From an uncultured archaeon (GTDB taxonomy: Archaea > Aenigmatarchaeota > Aenigmatarchaeia > QMZP01 > JACQNV01), in contig CAYPFW010000002.1 in the NCBI GenBank assembly GCA_964410585.1, positions 78,207 through 142,206 of the forward strand: a stretch of 64,000 nt of DNA, given 5' to 3'. A program made the position numbers and the translations under genes. The notes beneath the pieces were generated by a model. The model had not been told where the DNA came from. It saw only the letters and a program-made list of their open reading frames with translations, and did not search any database. Positions within the stretch are counted from its first letter, which is position 1. Every line of letters begins with the position of its first letter. Shown in pieces: positions 26,850-36,688 of this stretch.

Positions 26850-28473
26850 AAAGATCGTCTACGAATTTCTTTGGATCAACAGGTCCACCTTCAACGCTAA
26901 GATCATCGTCTGCTGGTGCTGGTTTTGGAGCTGGCTTAGGTGCTGCCGGAGCTTTTGGTTTTGGTGAAGGTTTTGAAGCACCTCCTGTTCTTGGTGGAGC
27001 TTCAGCTTCACGTCTTCGAGGTGGCGCTCCTCTTTCAGGTTCTTGTGCTCTGTATCCAGTCAAAGCTGAGATTACTGAGCCACCAAGTTCTTGTAATCTA
27101 GTAGCATATCTTCCAAGTTCTTCTCTAATTCCGCCAAAAGCGCTTGACACAGCAGTATCTACAGACCTTTGGTCAACTGGTATTGTTCTTCCTTTCAAAG
27201 AATTATCAACAGCTTTTCTAACAGAATCTTCATCAACAAGAACTGTCCTTCCTCTAAGCGCAGCATCAACGGCTCTGTTAACTGATTCTGGATCAACTGG
27301 TACAGATCTTCTTTCCATCTCTGCATCAATTGCTGCTTTCACAGCTGCTGCAATTGGTTGAATATTAACATCTACTGTTCTTCCTTCCATTGCTTTTTCA
27401 ACAGCGCTTTTCACAGCGTCATCTAATCCTCTTAGGTCAATAGGAACTCTTCTATCCCCAAAAGCAGCATCTACAGCAGCCGCCACATAAGAATTTATTT
27501 TTTCCTGATCAACACCAAGTGTCCTCCCATCAAATGCTTTGTCTACAGATGTTTTCACAGAATTTGGATCAATTGATATTTGTCTATCTCTGAAATAATT
27601 TCCAAGAGCTTCTGAAACAGCAGAAGTAAGCGCTGTTCTATCTGTTGGTTCTTTTCCTTTCAGTGCTTCTTCAACAGCTTTTTTCAGTGCTTCTGAATCT
27701 ACAGAAAATGTTTTCCCCTGAAGAGCAGCATCAACTGCAGTTTTAATATCTGCATACAATTCATTTCGATCAACTTTAGCAGTGACTCCCCTTGCTGCTT
27801 CTGAAAATATTTGTGAAAGTCTATTATAATCAATTTGTTGTCCTTGTGCTGTTGCTAGCTTTCTTATTTCCACTAAATCTGTTTCTGAAAGTCCATATCT
27901 TTTTTCTAAAAGTTGGTTTGCCAAACCGCCAACTTGATCCAACTTTCCTATTGCCTCACCAAGTTTTTGTACAAGTGCGTCAACGTCTTGTGTTTTTGTG
28001 TGACTTGGTTCTGTGGCTTCTGTCGCAGGTTTTGATTGAGCTTCTTTTATTTGATCAAGACAATTTCTAACTTCCTCAAAAATTGCAACCATGAAAATGT
28101 CGCTTGCTCCTGTTGCTATTTTTTCTATTTGTTCTGTTTTTCCCCAGAAAGCATCCGCCAAAATTTGATATCCTTTTTCTATTTGATTTGCCCAAGATTC
28201 CATTCCCTTAACTGCTCTAGCTAATTGAGTCTCATATGGTTTGTCTTGTGCTGCAAGTATTTTTGCAATTTCTAAGTCAGATAAATAACCATTAATTCGA
28301 TCAAGAACTCTTGGAACCCTTTCATCTCCTCTTTCCATTGCCCTTCTAAACCTGGGGTGTTGTGTTGTTAATTTATATAATCTCCTATACACACCTTCTA
28401 GTCTTTCAATTGGTCCTGTGCCTTCTATTCCTGCTTCTTCGAATAAGAACTGGTATAAAGTCCTTTCTGCCAT
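26836..28473 (-). CDS. Hypothetical 545-aa protein with about ten tandem 19-22-aa repeats [V/I]D-x2-SV-x2-AVD-x-AL-x-GRT and a Pro/Ala/Lys-rich C-terminal tail
   Basis: Repeat region spans roughly aa 205-440 (nt about 27150-27860). Tail APKPAPKPAPADDD. Local GC about 42% against about 32% in the flanks. Confidence 0.45.
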   Translation of the reverse strand: MAERTLYQFLFEEAGIEGTGPIERLEGVYRRLYKLTTQHPRFRRAMERGDERVPRVLDRINGYLSDLEIAKILAAQDKPYETQLARAVKGMESWANQIEKGYQILADAFWGKTEQIEKIATGASDIFMVAIFEEVRNCLDQIKEAQSKPATEATEPSHTKTQDVDALVQKLGEAIGKLDQVGGLANQLLEKRYGLSETDLVEIRKLATAQGQQIDYNRLSQIFSEAARGVTAKVDRNELYADIKTAVDAALQGKTFSVDSEALKKAVEEALKGKEPTDRTALTSAVSEALGNYFRDRQISIDPNSVKTSVDKAFDGRTLGVDQEKINSYVAAAVDAAFGDRRVPIDLRGLDDAVKSAVEKAMEGRTVDVNIQPIAAAVKAAIDAEMERRSVPVDPESVNRAVDAALRGRTVLVDEDSVRKAVDNSLKGRTIPVDQRSVDTAVSSAFGGIREELGRYATRLQELGGSVISALTGYRAQEPERGAPPRRREAEAPPRTGGASKPSPKPKAPAAPKPAPKPAPADDDLSVEGGPVDPKKFVDDLFEGG

Positions 28474-28559
28474 AATTACCCATCAGTGGTATTTAACTTA
28501 ATTTATCGCAGTAAGTCTTTTAAAGGGAAAGCTAAAAAACCGTAAAACTTAAATAGGGT

Positions 28560-29435
28560 ATGATAGACGTTCACTGTCATTTGGAGCAAAAACAATATGA
28601 TTTGGATAGAGACAAAGTTATAGAAGCCTGCAAAAAAAGCCTGAAAGTAGTTGTTTCATCTTGTGCAAATCCAAAAGACCTGGATCTTTCTTTGGAAATG
28701 GTTGAAAGGCACAAGGGTTTTGTCTTCCTAGCAACTGGTTTGCATCCTGAGTATATCAAAGAAATTTCTGAAAAAGAAAAAGACGAATATTTGGAAAAAA
28801 TAAAAGAAAATAAAAATAAAATTGTGGCTGTCGGCGAAATTGGTTTAGATTATTTTTGGATTTCAGATACTGTTTTGCAGAAAAAGCAGCAAGAACAATT
28901 TAGAGAACTTATCAGATTTTCAAAAGAAATCAAAAAACCTCTTGTCATACACTCCAGAAATTCAAATGAGGATTTAGTGAAAATTTTAGAGGCCGAAGAT
29001 GCGAAGAAAGTCATCCTCCATATGTTCAATGGAAAAGATTTATTGAATAAAGTTGTTGAAAACAACTGGCTTATTTCAATCAGCTACCTAATCAAACGAA
29101 GCAAAGACTATAGAAAAATCGCAAAACTGCTTCCTCTGGAAAATATTGTTTTGGAAACAGATGCGCCGTGGAACGGAATTCAACTACCTGAAAAAGACTT
29201 TTCAGAAATTTTTTTGAAAGAAAACTTAAGTGTTCTAGGGAATTTACCAACTAACCAATTGAAAGAACCACTATCCATGAAAATAAAAGATGGCTGGATC
29301 ACCTTGCGAAATACACCTTTGGCAATCAGACCAGCAGCAGAAAAAATCGCAGAAGAGAAAGGCCTTCCTTTCGAAGAGGTCTGGAAAAAGTGCGGCGAAA
29401 ACGCAGAGAAGTTTTTTGGTCTGTCTAAAGGCTGA
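28560..29435 (+). CDS. TatD-family metal-dependent hydrolase/DNase
   Basis: N-terminus MIDVHCHL; GEIGLDY motif; later His/Asp positions fit the TatD fold. Confidence 0.75.
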   Translation: MIDVHCHLEQKQYDLDRDKVIEACKKSLKVVVSSCANPKDLDLSLEMVERHKGFVFLATGLHPEYIKEISEKEKDEYLEKIKENKNKIVAVGEIGLDYFWISDTVLQKKQQEQFRELIRFSKEIKKPLVIHSRNSNEDLVKILEAEDAKKVILHMFNGKDLLNKVVENNWLISISYLIKRSKDYRKIAKLLPLENIVLETDAPWNGIQLPEKDFSEIFLKENLSVLGNLPTNQLKEPLSMKIKDGWITLRNTPLAIRPAAEKIAEEKGLPFEEVWKKCGENAEKFFGLSKG

Positions 29436-29829
29436 CACTGCTTCTTGCCCCACAAACTTCACATTTCAAAAATAAAAATCTGTCTTCTTTTTCTAATTTT
29501 GAGTCAGGCTTTCCGCACTCAGGGCAATAAACATATTTTTTCAAGTAGAGTTCAATTTTTTTATCAACCGCCTGTTTGAAAAATTTCCCAATTACAACAA
29601 GTCTTTTCCCTTCCAATTCACCAGAAGTCGCCAGTTCTTTAACTAAAAATTTCATCAAGTGGTTTGGATCCCTTCGCATTGCTTGTGCGATGTCAACAAA
29701 ATTAACAATTGTTGTTTTCAAGCCAGTTGGCTGAATTTGAACTTCAGGTAAAACAAATCTGCTTGCTTCTTCTGTTCTTTTAGGAAGCTTCTCGTATGCT
29801 GCTTTCAGCATTTCTTCATAATTAGACAT
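29425..29829 (-). CDS. eif2b: Translation initiation factor aIF2 beta subunit
   Basis: C-terminal zinc ribbon YVYCPECGKPDS...FLKCEVCGA and a conserved N-domain. Confidence 0.8.
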   Translation of the reverse strand: MSNYEEMLKAAYEKLPKRTEEASRFVLPEVQIQPTGLKTTIVNFVDIAQAMRRDPNHLMKFLVKELATSGELEGKRLVVIGKFFKQAVDKKIELYLKKYVYCPECGKPDSKLEKEDRFLFLKCEVCGARSSVSL

Positions 29830-30134
29830 AAGTGTAATTGAATATGGTGTTATAAAAAGATACTTTCCAAAAAAATTCAGAAAAAACAGTAGTCTTTATA
29901 TATCTTATTTCCAAGTATAACACAGTTAATTTGGAAGTAGTGAATTACTTTCAGGAATTTTCAATAGCCGGATTGGTTTAGTTGCTGGGGAGCAGCTAAG
30001 CTAAGAAACAACCAATAGAAAATAAGTTTCAAATGCAATTGGGGAATTGCTTTTGAGATTTCGGGGAATTAAGATCGTGCTAATTTTTGTTAAAACTAAT
30101 TATAAAACTTAGGAGTATATTTAAAAAGGATTTC

Positions 30135-30199
30135 TATACTGCAGTATATACTTTCCAGTATAGGCGTTCTTTTCGAGTTGGCGATTATAACATAATCGC
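30135..30199. promoter_or_regulatory. Palindromes in the ftsZ 5' region: TATACTGCAGTATA (30135-30148) and GCGATTATaacATAATCGC (30181-30199, overlapping a TTATAA TATA-like box)
   Basis: Perfect inverted repeats 26-90 bp upstream of the ftsZ ATG at 30225; strong SD-like GAGGGGGG at 30211. Confidence 0.35.
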
Positions 30200-30224
30200 T
30201 TTTCACTCATGAGGGGGGTAAAAA

Positions 30225-31355
30225 ATGAATTCGCTTATACAATCGGCCTTTGAAAGGGTCGCAGCTGGAACATCTTCAGGTCCTGTTAAATCAGAGCCTG
30301 TTGTAACACCTGAACAATTGAAAGCATTAGCTCAAGAGTTTGGGATAGAAGCAAAGGATGCAAAAATAGTTGTAGTTGGTGCAGGCGGAGGCGGTAACAA
30401 CACAGTGACAAGGCTCGCTAACATGGGAGTCACGGGGGCAAAAACAATAGCAATGAACACAGACATGAAACACTTAGCTGTCTCAAAAGCAGATCAAAGG
30501 CTTCTCATAGGAAAAGAATTGACAAGAGGCCTTGGTGCAGGCGGTTATCCAGACATAGGCAGACGCGCAGCAGAAGAAAGTGAAAGAGAAATCAAACAGG
30601 CAATACAAGGTGCTGATATGCTTTATGTTGTTGGTGGTCTTGGTGGTGGAACAGGAACAGGCTCCCTTCCAGTAATTGCAAAATATGGAAAAGAAATGGG
30701 TGCTATTGTAATAGGCACAGTCACAATGCCTTTCAAAATCGAAGGAACAAGAATGAGAAAAGCAGAAGAAGGCTTGCAACTATTAAGACAAGTCTCTGAC
30801 ACATCAATTGTGATACAGAATGACAAGCTTCTAAGGTTCGCAGGCGATCTTCCAATTGAACAGGCTTTTCAGTTGGCCGACAATCTAATTGCAACAATGT
30901 TGAAAGGCGTCACAGAAACAATTGCAACACCTTCTCTTGTCAACCTAGATTATGCAGATGTTCGAGCTATAATGCATTCTGGTGGTGTCGCAGCAGTTGG
31001 TTTTGGAGAATCAAATACAAAAAACAGAGCAGAAGATGCAGCAATAAAGGCATTGACAAACCCGCTTTTGGAAGTAGACTACGCAGGCGGTTCAGGCGCG
31101 CTCTTGCACATCACAGGTGGCAAGGATCTAAAACTTGATGAAGTCAATTTAGTTGGTGAATATGTTTCAAGCCAATTAGACGACGATGCACAAGTCATTT
31201 GGGGAACAAGGATAGATCCAGCAATGACAGGAAAAATAAGGGTGATCACAATAATCACAGGCGTCAAATCACCATACATCTTAGCTCCTGTTGAAAAGCA
31301 AAGAGAAGTCCAAAGAAATTTCCAACAAGAACTGGGGATTGATTTGCTTGCCTAG
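30225..31355 (+). CDS. ftsZ: Cell division GTPase FtsZ
   Basis: Tubulin signature GGGTGTG; N-terminal [10 protein letters not shown]; 376 aa. Confidence 0.9.
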   Translation: MNSLIQSAFERVAAGTSSGPVKSEPVVTPEQLKALAQEFGIEAKDAKIVVVGAGGGGNNTVTRLANMGVTGAKTIAMNTDMKHLAVSKADQRLLIGKELTRGLGAGGYPDIGRRAAEESEREIKQAIQGADMLYVVGGLGGGTGTGSLPVIAKYGKEMGAIVIGTVTMPFKIEGTRMRKAEEGLQLLRQVSDTSIVIQNDKLLRFAGDLPIEQAFQLADNLIATMLKGVTETIATPSLVNLDYADVRAIMHSGGVAAVGFGESNTKNRAEDAAIKALTNPLLEVDYAGGSGALLHITGGKDLKLDEVNLVGEYVSSQLDDDAQVIWGTRIDPAMTGKIRVITIITGVKSPYILAPVEKQREVQRNFQQELGIDLLA

Positions 31356-31391
31356 TTGTAGATTTTATTTTTATCTACAATTCTTAGAAAG

Positions 31392-32087
31392 CTATTCTGA
31401 TCTCAGAATAGCGTTCCTTATTTTTTCATAAACTAACTCATTGTACAAAATTCCAGCATGTCCTATTCCTTCAAGCTCTAAACTGTCAGGTGCATCTGTG
31501 CTTCCAGAACTTTTTGCAGGTACAATCCAATCACCTTCTCCATACAAATTAATTTTTCTTGTGCCATTAAGTGATTGCCGAGATTTCAAATCCCTCAAAA
31601 ATTTGCTTCCAGGCAAAAGCTGCCTGCCAGATGGAGTCATTATACCTAACCATGCTACATAGGTCCCATCATATGGACAAGAAAGATAAATTGCAGTTCT
31701 AACCCTCTCTCCAATTCCAGGAAGTTTAGTCAAACCATCCACTATAAGGGCGCCCATACTGTGACCCAAAAGATCAAGTTCGCCTTCTGGTTGTTTTGCT
31801 TTTATTTGTTCAGCTACTTCATGAGTTGATTCTTCTATGTCTCTCAAAAAATTATAGCTTATAGGGTCTAGTCTTATTCTATCTCTTTGAAGTCTGTCCC
31901 TAAGCGGTCTAAATGGTCCTATTCCCCACTGTGCATACCCATGGACAGCATAAATAGTTCCCCTAGAACTATAGCGAGGATCAGATCCTTGATCAATAAC
32001 ACTTGCAGCGTGATCTACAGCATTTCTTAAAATAGCTTGAGGTTCGGTTAATCCACTGCTTATTGGATCTCTTTCCAATCCCTTCAT
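31392..32087 (-). CDS. Alpha/beta-hydrolase fold lipase/esterase-like protein
   Basis: GxSxG nucleophile elbow (LLGHSMGAL); 231 aa. Confidence 0.55.
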   Translation of the reverse strand: MKGLERDPISSGLTEPQAILRNAVDHAASVIDQGSDPRYSSRGTIYAVHGYAQWGIGPFRPLRDRLQRDRIRLDPISYNFLRDIEESTHEVAEQIKAKQPEGELDLLGHSMGALIVDGLTKLPGIGERVRTAIYLSCPYDGTYVAWLGIMTPSGRQLLPGSKFLRDLKSRQSLNGTRKINLYGEGDWIVPAKSSGSTDAPDSLELEGIGHAGILYNELVYEKIRNAILRSE

Positions 32088-32173
32088 CTTAATTTTTGTG
32101 TCAGCAAAAATAAATACCTTATCGAAACCGAGTTATTCAATATTTATATATAAGGAAAACATACCTTGTAGAT

Positions 32174-32629
32174 ATGGCGCGAATGTACTCTCGTAAAAAA
32201 GGAAAATCAGGTTCAAAAAAACCAATGGAAAAAATAGCTCCATGGGTTTCATATTCACCAAAAGAAATAGAGGAAGTCATAGTCAAACACGCAAACCAAG
32301 GCATGCAGTCTGCGAAAATTGGTTTGGTTTTGAGGGATAAATACGGCATTCCGTCTGCTCGTTTACAAACAGGCAAAAAAGTCTCAAAAACTTTGAAAGA
32401 AAGAAACGTCTACCCAAAACTTCCAGAAGATCTTTTAAATTTGCTGAAAAGATCTGTGAATCTTTATGATCATCTAAAAAACAACAAAAAAGACTACACT
32501 TCTAAGAGAGGTTTGGAAATAACAGAATCAAAAATCAGGAAGCTTTCCAACTATTACAAGGAAACAAAAGTCCTTCCACCAAGCTGGAAATACAATGCAG
32601 ACGAGGCAAGATTGCTCGTGAAAGGATAA
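32174..32629 (+). CDS. rps15: 30S ribosomal protein S15 (uS15; S13e type)
   Basis: MARMYSRKKGKSGSKKP...YSPKEIEEVIVK... has the typical archaeal S15 N- and C-terminal domains. Confidence 0.85.
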   Translation: MARMYSRKKGKSGSKKPMEKIAPWVSYSPKEIEEVIVKHANQGMQSAKIGLVLRDKYGIPSARLQTGKKVSKTLKERNVYPKLPEDLLNLLKRSVNLYDHLKNNKKDYTSKRGLEITESKIRKLSNYYKETKVLPPSWKYNADEARLLVKG

Positions 32630-32652
32630 GAAGCCTTTTCTTAATAATCAAT

Positions 32653-33357
32653 ATGACAAAAGATAGACAAAGGCATCTAGTTTTATTCGACATAGGTGCA
32701 GTCCTTTTACATTTAGATTTTGAGAGATTCTACAAAGCAGCCTCTTCTTTGTCTTCTAGATACAGAACACAAGAAGGTTTCAAAGAAGCTTATGCATCTA
32801 GCAAACTAGAGTCTGATTTTATGAAAGGCCTATTAAACTCAGACGATTTTTTGGACAAACTAAGAGGTCTAATTGATCCAAACAGAGAAGTTTCTTCTGA
32901 AGAACTAAAAGAAATTTTCAGCTATCGTTTAGGGAAGCCAGTCGATGATGTTGTCAAGTTAAAAAAGAGGCTTCGGCTTGCTGGATATTCCGTAGGCATA
33001 TTCTCAAACACAACTGTTCTTGATTTTGCAGTATTCCAAAGATATCCGGATATGCTCGAAGCAACTGGTCCCTCTATATACTCATTCCAAAATCAATCCC
33101 TGAAGCCAGAGCCAAAAATGTATGGACTGATAAAAGGCTTTGATTCTGTCACATTTATCGACGACAAGGAAAGCTATCTAAGAACAGGAGTAGAGCAATT
33201 TGGTTGGAACGGTATACTTTTCACGCCGTTTATAGATAGGTCGGAGGCAATTAGGGCTGTTCACACAGATACTTCTAAACCGCAAGAAAGGTTTAGAATT
33301 GCAAATTCTGTAGGAGAATTAGAGGATTCCTTGAGACATTTTGGAATACAAATCTGA
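32653..33357 (+). CDS. HAD-superfamily hydrolase-like protein
   Basis: Motif I-like LVLFDIGAVL and a C-terminal FIDDK motif. Confidence 0.4.
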   Translation: MTKDRQRHLVLFDIGAVLLHLDFERFYKAASSLSSRYRTQEGFKEAYASSKLESDFMKGLLNSDDFLDKLRGLIDPNREVSSEELKEIFSYRLGKPVDDVVKLKKRLRLAGYSVGIFSNTTVLDFAVFQRYPDMLEATGPSIYSFQNQSLKPEPKMYGLIKGFDSVTFIDDKESYLRTGVEQFGWNGILFTPFIDRSEAIRAVHTDTSKPQERFRIANSVGELEDSLRHFGIQI

Positions 33358-33390
33358 AACTACTTATTTACTTCTCTCTAATCTTATTCT

Positions 33391-35328
33391 ATGGACAAAT
33401 CTGGAATCTCTTCCCTAGACTTGAAGTTTTTGAAAAAAGAACTCCTCAAAAACCTAGCTGGAGGCATCTTCAAAAAAGTTTACCAGTACCAAGGAATAGA
33501 CGGTTACCAATTTATTTTTGAAATATACTCTCCAATATCAAAAGAAGAAAAAAACCTTTTTTTGTATGTAGACAAATCAAAAATCTACTTGACAAAGTCA
33601 AAACAAGATGCCCCAACTGAGCCGCCATCTTTTTGCATGTTCCTTCGAAAAAATCTTTCAGGACAAAAAATCAGGGACATTTGCCAATATAAATTTGATA
33701 GAATTCTTGAAATACATACAGATGAAAACATTTTGATATTCGAGTTTTTTTCAAGGGGTAATGTCATACTCTGCGATTCATTTAAAAAAATAATCATGCC
33801 TTTGGATTTGCAGTCTTGGAAAGATAGGCAAATAAAACCAAAACTCCCTTACAAATACCCGCCAACATCTTCAGATCCTTTTGAATTGGATTTGCAAGAG
33901 CTGATAAGCTTAGCTTCAAAAACAGAAAAAAATCTAGCGAGTTTTTTAGCTGTGAGTTTAGGTCTTGGTGGCGATTATGCAAATGAAGTCTGCAAGCTTG
34001 CTAATCTTGATCCACAGAAACCAGCAAATAGAGCCTCTTTGGAAGACCTTGCAATCCTACACAAAACAATTGAGAACCTAGGAAAAAGAGAGCCAAGCCC
34101 AGCAATTTATGAAAACTTCATCTCGCCTTTTCCCTTAGAAATTTTCAAAGACAAAAAACCAAAATCTGGGCCATCGTTTTCAGAAGCACTTGAAGAATTT
34201 TTCTCGGGAAAAGAAGAGGGAAAAATAAAGTCAATTCAAGAAAAAGAAGAAAGGAGTCAGGAAGAAAAAGTCCAAAGGATTTTAGAATCAAGAAAGCAAG
34301 CAGTTGAAAAACACGAAAAAGCAGAGCAGGAGCTAAAACAAATAGCAGACGATATTTACAACAACTACCAGTTTGTTGATTCTATCCTTCTCCAAATAAA
34401 AAAAGCAATTTTCTCAGGAAAAACTTGGCCCGAAATAAAACAAGAAATGCAAAAACTTCCAGAATCAAAATCAATAAAGGAGATAAGAGAAAAAGAAGGC
34501 ATTGTTGTAGTTGTTTTGTCTGGAAAACCAATTAACCTAGACTTCAGAAAATCAGTCGAAGAAAATGCAGCTAGATTTTACGAAAACGTAAAACATGAGA
34601 GGTCGAAGAAAGAGGGGGCTATTTTGTCTTTGGAAAAAACTGTTCAAGAGGAGAAAAAACCGGAGACAAAAATCCCAGTGAAAAGGCCGAGGAAAAAATG
34701 GTATGAAAAGTTTAGATGGTTTTTCTCTTCATCTGGTTTTTTGGTTGTTGCAGGTAGGGATGCAAAAGACAATGAAAACATAGTCAAAAAGCATGCAGAG
34801 TCTCAAGATCTTTTATTCCATGCAGACATCCATGGGGCTGCTTTTGTTCTAATAAAGTCCCAAAACAAGCCAATAGATGAAATAACAATAAAAGAAGCTT
34901 CTGAATTTTCAGCTGCTAATTCCAAGGCATGGGCAAAAAATATCGGCTCAGTTGATGTGTTTTCGTTTAAACCAGAGCAAGCAACAAAACCTGTACACCT
35001 CCCTAAAGGTTCTTTTGTAATAGAAGGCCCAAGGCAATGGTTTAAGGATTTGGAACTAAAACTATCTATAGGTGTGAAAATAGATAGGGAAAAAAACACA
35101 GCCTCTGTTGTCTCGGGCCCAGTCATGTCTGCGAGAAAATATTCCACGTATTTTTTGACAATAAAACCAGGATACAAAGAATCCTTAGACCTTTCAAGGG
35201 ATATAAAAAACAAACTTCTACTAAAATCAAAACCAGAGGACAAGTTTTTGATAGATAAAATACCTTTGGAAGACATACAGAGATGCATACCCTCTGGAAA
35301 AGGAGATATCGAAGAAGGCGGATTATGA
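33391..35328 (+). CDS. NFACT-family protein (Rqc2/NEMF/FbpA homolog; ribosome quality control)
   Basis: NFACT-N (MDKSGISSLDLKFLKKEL...), central coiled coil, and an NFACT-R-like region (LLFHADIHGAAFVLIK). Confidence 0.7.
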   Translation: MDKSGISSLDLKFLKKELLKNLAGGIFKKVYQYQGIDGYQFIFEIYSPISKEEKNLFLYVDKSKIYLTKSKQDAPTEPPSFCMFLRKNLSGQKIRDICQYKFDRILEIHTDENILIFEFFSRGNVILCDSFKKIIMPLDLQSWKDRQIKPKLPYKYPPTSSDPFELDLQELISLASKTEKNLASFLAVSLGLGGDYANEVCKLANLDPQKPANRASLEDLAILHKTIENLGKREPSPAIYENFISPFPLEIFKDKKPKSGPSFSEALEEFFSGKEEGKIKSIQEKEERSQEEKVQRILESRKQAVEKHEKAEQELKQIADDIYNNYQFVDSILLQIKKAIFSGKTWPEIKQEMQKLPESKSIKEIREKEGIVVVVLSGKPINLDFRKSVEENAARFYENVKHERSKKEGAILSLEKTVQEEKKPETKIPVKRPRKKWYEKFRWFFSSSGFLVVAGRDAKDNENIVKKHAESQDLLFHADIHGAAFVLIKSQNKPIDEITIKEASEFSAANSKAWAKNIGSVDVFSFKPEQATKPVHLPKGSFVIEGPRQWFKDLELKLSIGVKIDREKNTASVVSGPVMSARKYSTYFLTIKPGYKESLDLSRDIKNKLLLKSKPEDKFLIDKIPLEDIQRCIPSGKGDIEEGGL

Positions 35329-35840
35329 TAGACGAAGAGGAATATGTTGACATAGTTGATGAAAACGATATAGTTATTGGGAAAGAAACAAAAGAAAACA
35401 AAATAAAGAAAAATCTGATAAGCAGAAATGTTATAATATTCGTTGTGGATAAAAACAAAAACCTATTTATCACAAAAAGGTCGCCCCATAAAAGAACGTG
35501 CCCAAATATGTATGATGTATCTGCTGTTGGTAATATAAAATCTGGTGAGAGTCCAGAGAAAGCCGCTGAAAGAGAATTGAAAGAGGAGCTTAATATAAAA
35601 TGTGACTTGAAATTTTTTGGTAAGCTTCTTAACGAGTTTTATGATGGTGATTTGTTTTTAAGATATTATAGCTATGTTTTTCTAGGAACACATCATGGAG
35701 ATATAAAGTTGGGTACTGAATTAACAGAACTGAAAAAAGTTGCATGGAAAGATGTGAAAAGCTTGGTTAGTAGTAACAAAGATCAATTTACCCCTGGTTT
35801 TTTAAAAGATTTTGAGCTTGTTAAGGAGCATTTAAAATGA
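35325..35840 (+). CDS. NUDIX-fold protein, possibly a type-1 isopentenyl-diphosphate isomerase
   Basis: Nudix box GNIKSGESPEKAAERELKEELNI; the preceding KRSPHKRTCPNMYD resembles the IDI-1 Cys region. Adjacent to the DGGGP synthase gene. Confidence 0.5.
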   Translation: MIDEEEYVDIVDENDIVIGKETKENKIKKNLISRNVIIFVVDKNKNLFITKRSPHKRTCPNMYDVSAVGNIKSGESPEKAAERELKEELNIKCDLKFFGKLLNEFYDGDLFLRYYSYVFLGTHHGDIKLGTELTELKKVAWKDVKSLVSSNKDQFTPGFLKDFELVKEHLK

Positions 35841-36658
35841 ACGCATACTTAGAAATTTTGAGGCCAACAGTTTGTTTGATGACTGTGTTAGCTCTGGTAG
35901 TTGGTGGAATAGTCTCACAATCGCTTGTTTTTCCTCAATTGATTTTTGCAATCCTCGCAGGCTTCCTGATAACAGGCGGCGGTAACATAATCAACGACTA
36001 TTTTGATGTTGAAACAGATCGGATAAACTCACCAAACAGGCCTATACCTTCTGGGAGATTTCCGAAAAAATTTGCCTTGCCATATTTTGCAATTGTAAAT
36101 ATTTTGGGTCTTGTGTTTGCTTATTTAATAAACACAAATTTCTTGCTGATAGCTGTTGTGAATTTTGTAGTTTCAACAATCTATTCATGGAAACTCAAAA
36201 CAACACCTTTAGTTGGGAATATAGCAGTGAGCTATTTGGGTGCTGTCTCTTTTTTCGCAGCTGGTTTAATTTCAATGAGCTTTTCCCAAACTTTGGCTCA
36301 TCCTGTTTTCATCCTTGCTGTCATTGGTTTTTTTGGCACTTTGGCTCGGGAAATTTTGAAAGACATCCGCGATGTTAGAGGCGACAAAGCAATTGGCGCA
36401 AAAACTTTACCAATCATAACCTCAGAAAAAATAGCGAGTATAGTTGCAAATGTTTCTTTGGTTGTTGGAATCCTGCTCCTGTTCATACCTTTTATTTTTG
36501 GAATGTTCAAAATCGTTTATTTGGCTTCTCTTATTCCAGCTGTTTTAGTTTGCTTGTATACATTTTTGAAGCCTCCAGAAAAAGCAGAGAAATTTGTCAA
36601 GCTCGCGATCTTCCTTGTTTTCTTGGCGTTTATTTTGGGAAGTTTGGTTCAATCCTAA
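35837..36658 (+). CDS. UbiA-family prenyltransferase, probable digeranylgeranylglyceryl phosphate (DGGGP) synthase
   Basis: Asp-rich motif NDYFDVETDRINSPNRP; 8-9 TM helices. Confidence 0.75.
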   Translation: MNAYLEILRPTVCLMTVLALVVGGIVSQSLVFPQLIFAILAGFLITGGGNIINDYFDVETDRINSPNRPIPSGRFPKKFALPYFAIVNILGLVFAYLINTNFLLIAVVNFVVSTIYSWKLKTTPLVGNIAVSYLGAVSFFAAGLISMSFSQTLAHPVFILAVIGFFGTLAREILKDIRDVRGDKAIGAKTLPIITSEKIASIVANVSLVVGILLLFIPFIFGMFKIVYLASLIPAVLVCLYTFLKPPEKAEKFVKLAIFLVFLAFILGSLVQS

Positions 36659-36688
36659 GAATAAAAAGCTTATTTTTCAACAACTAGA

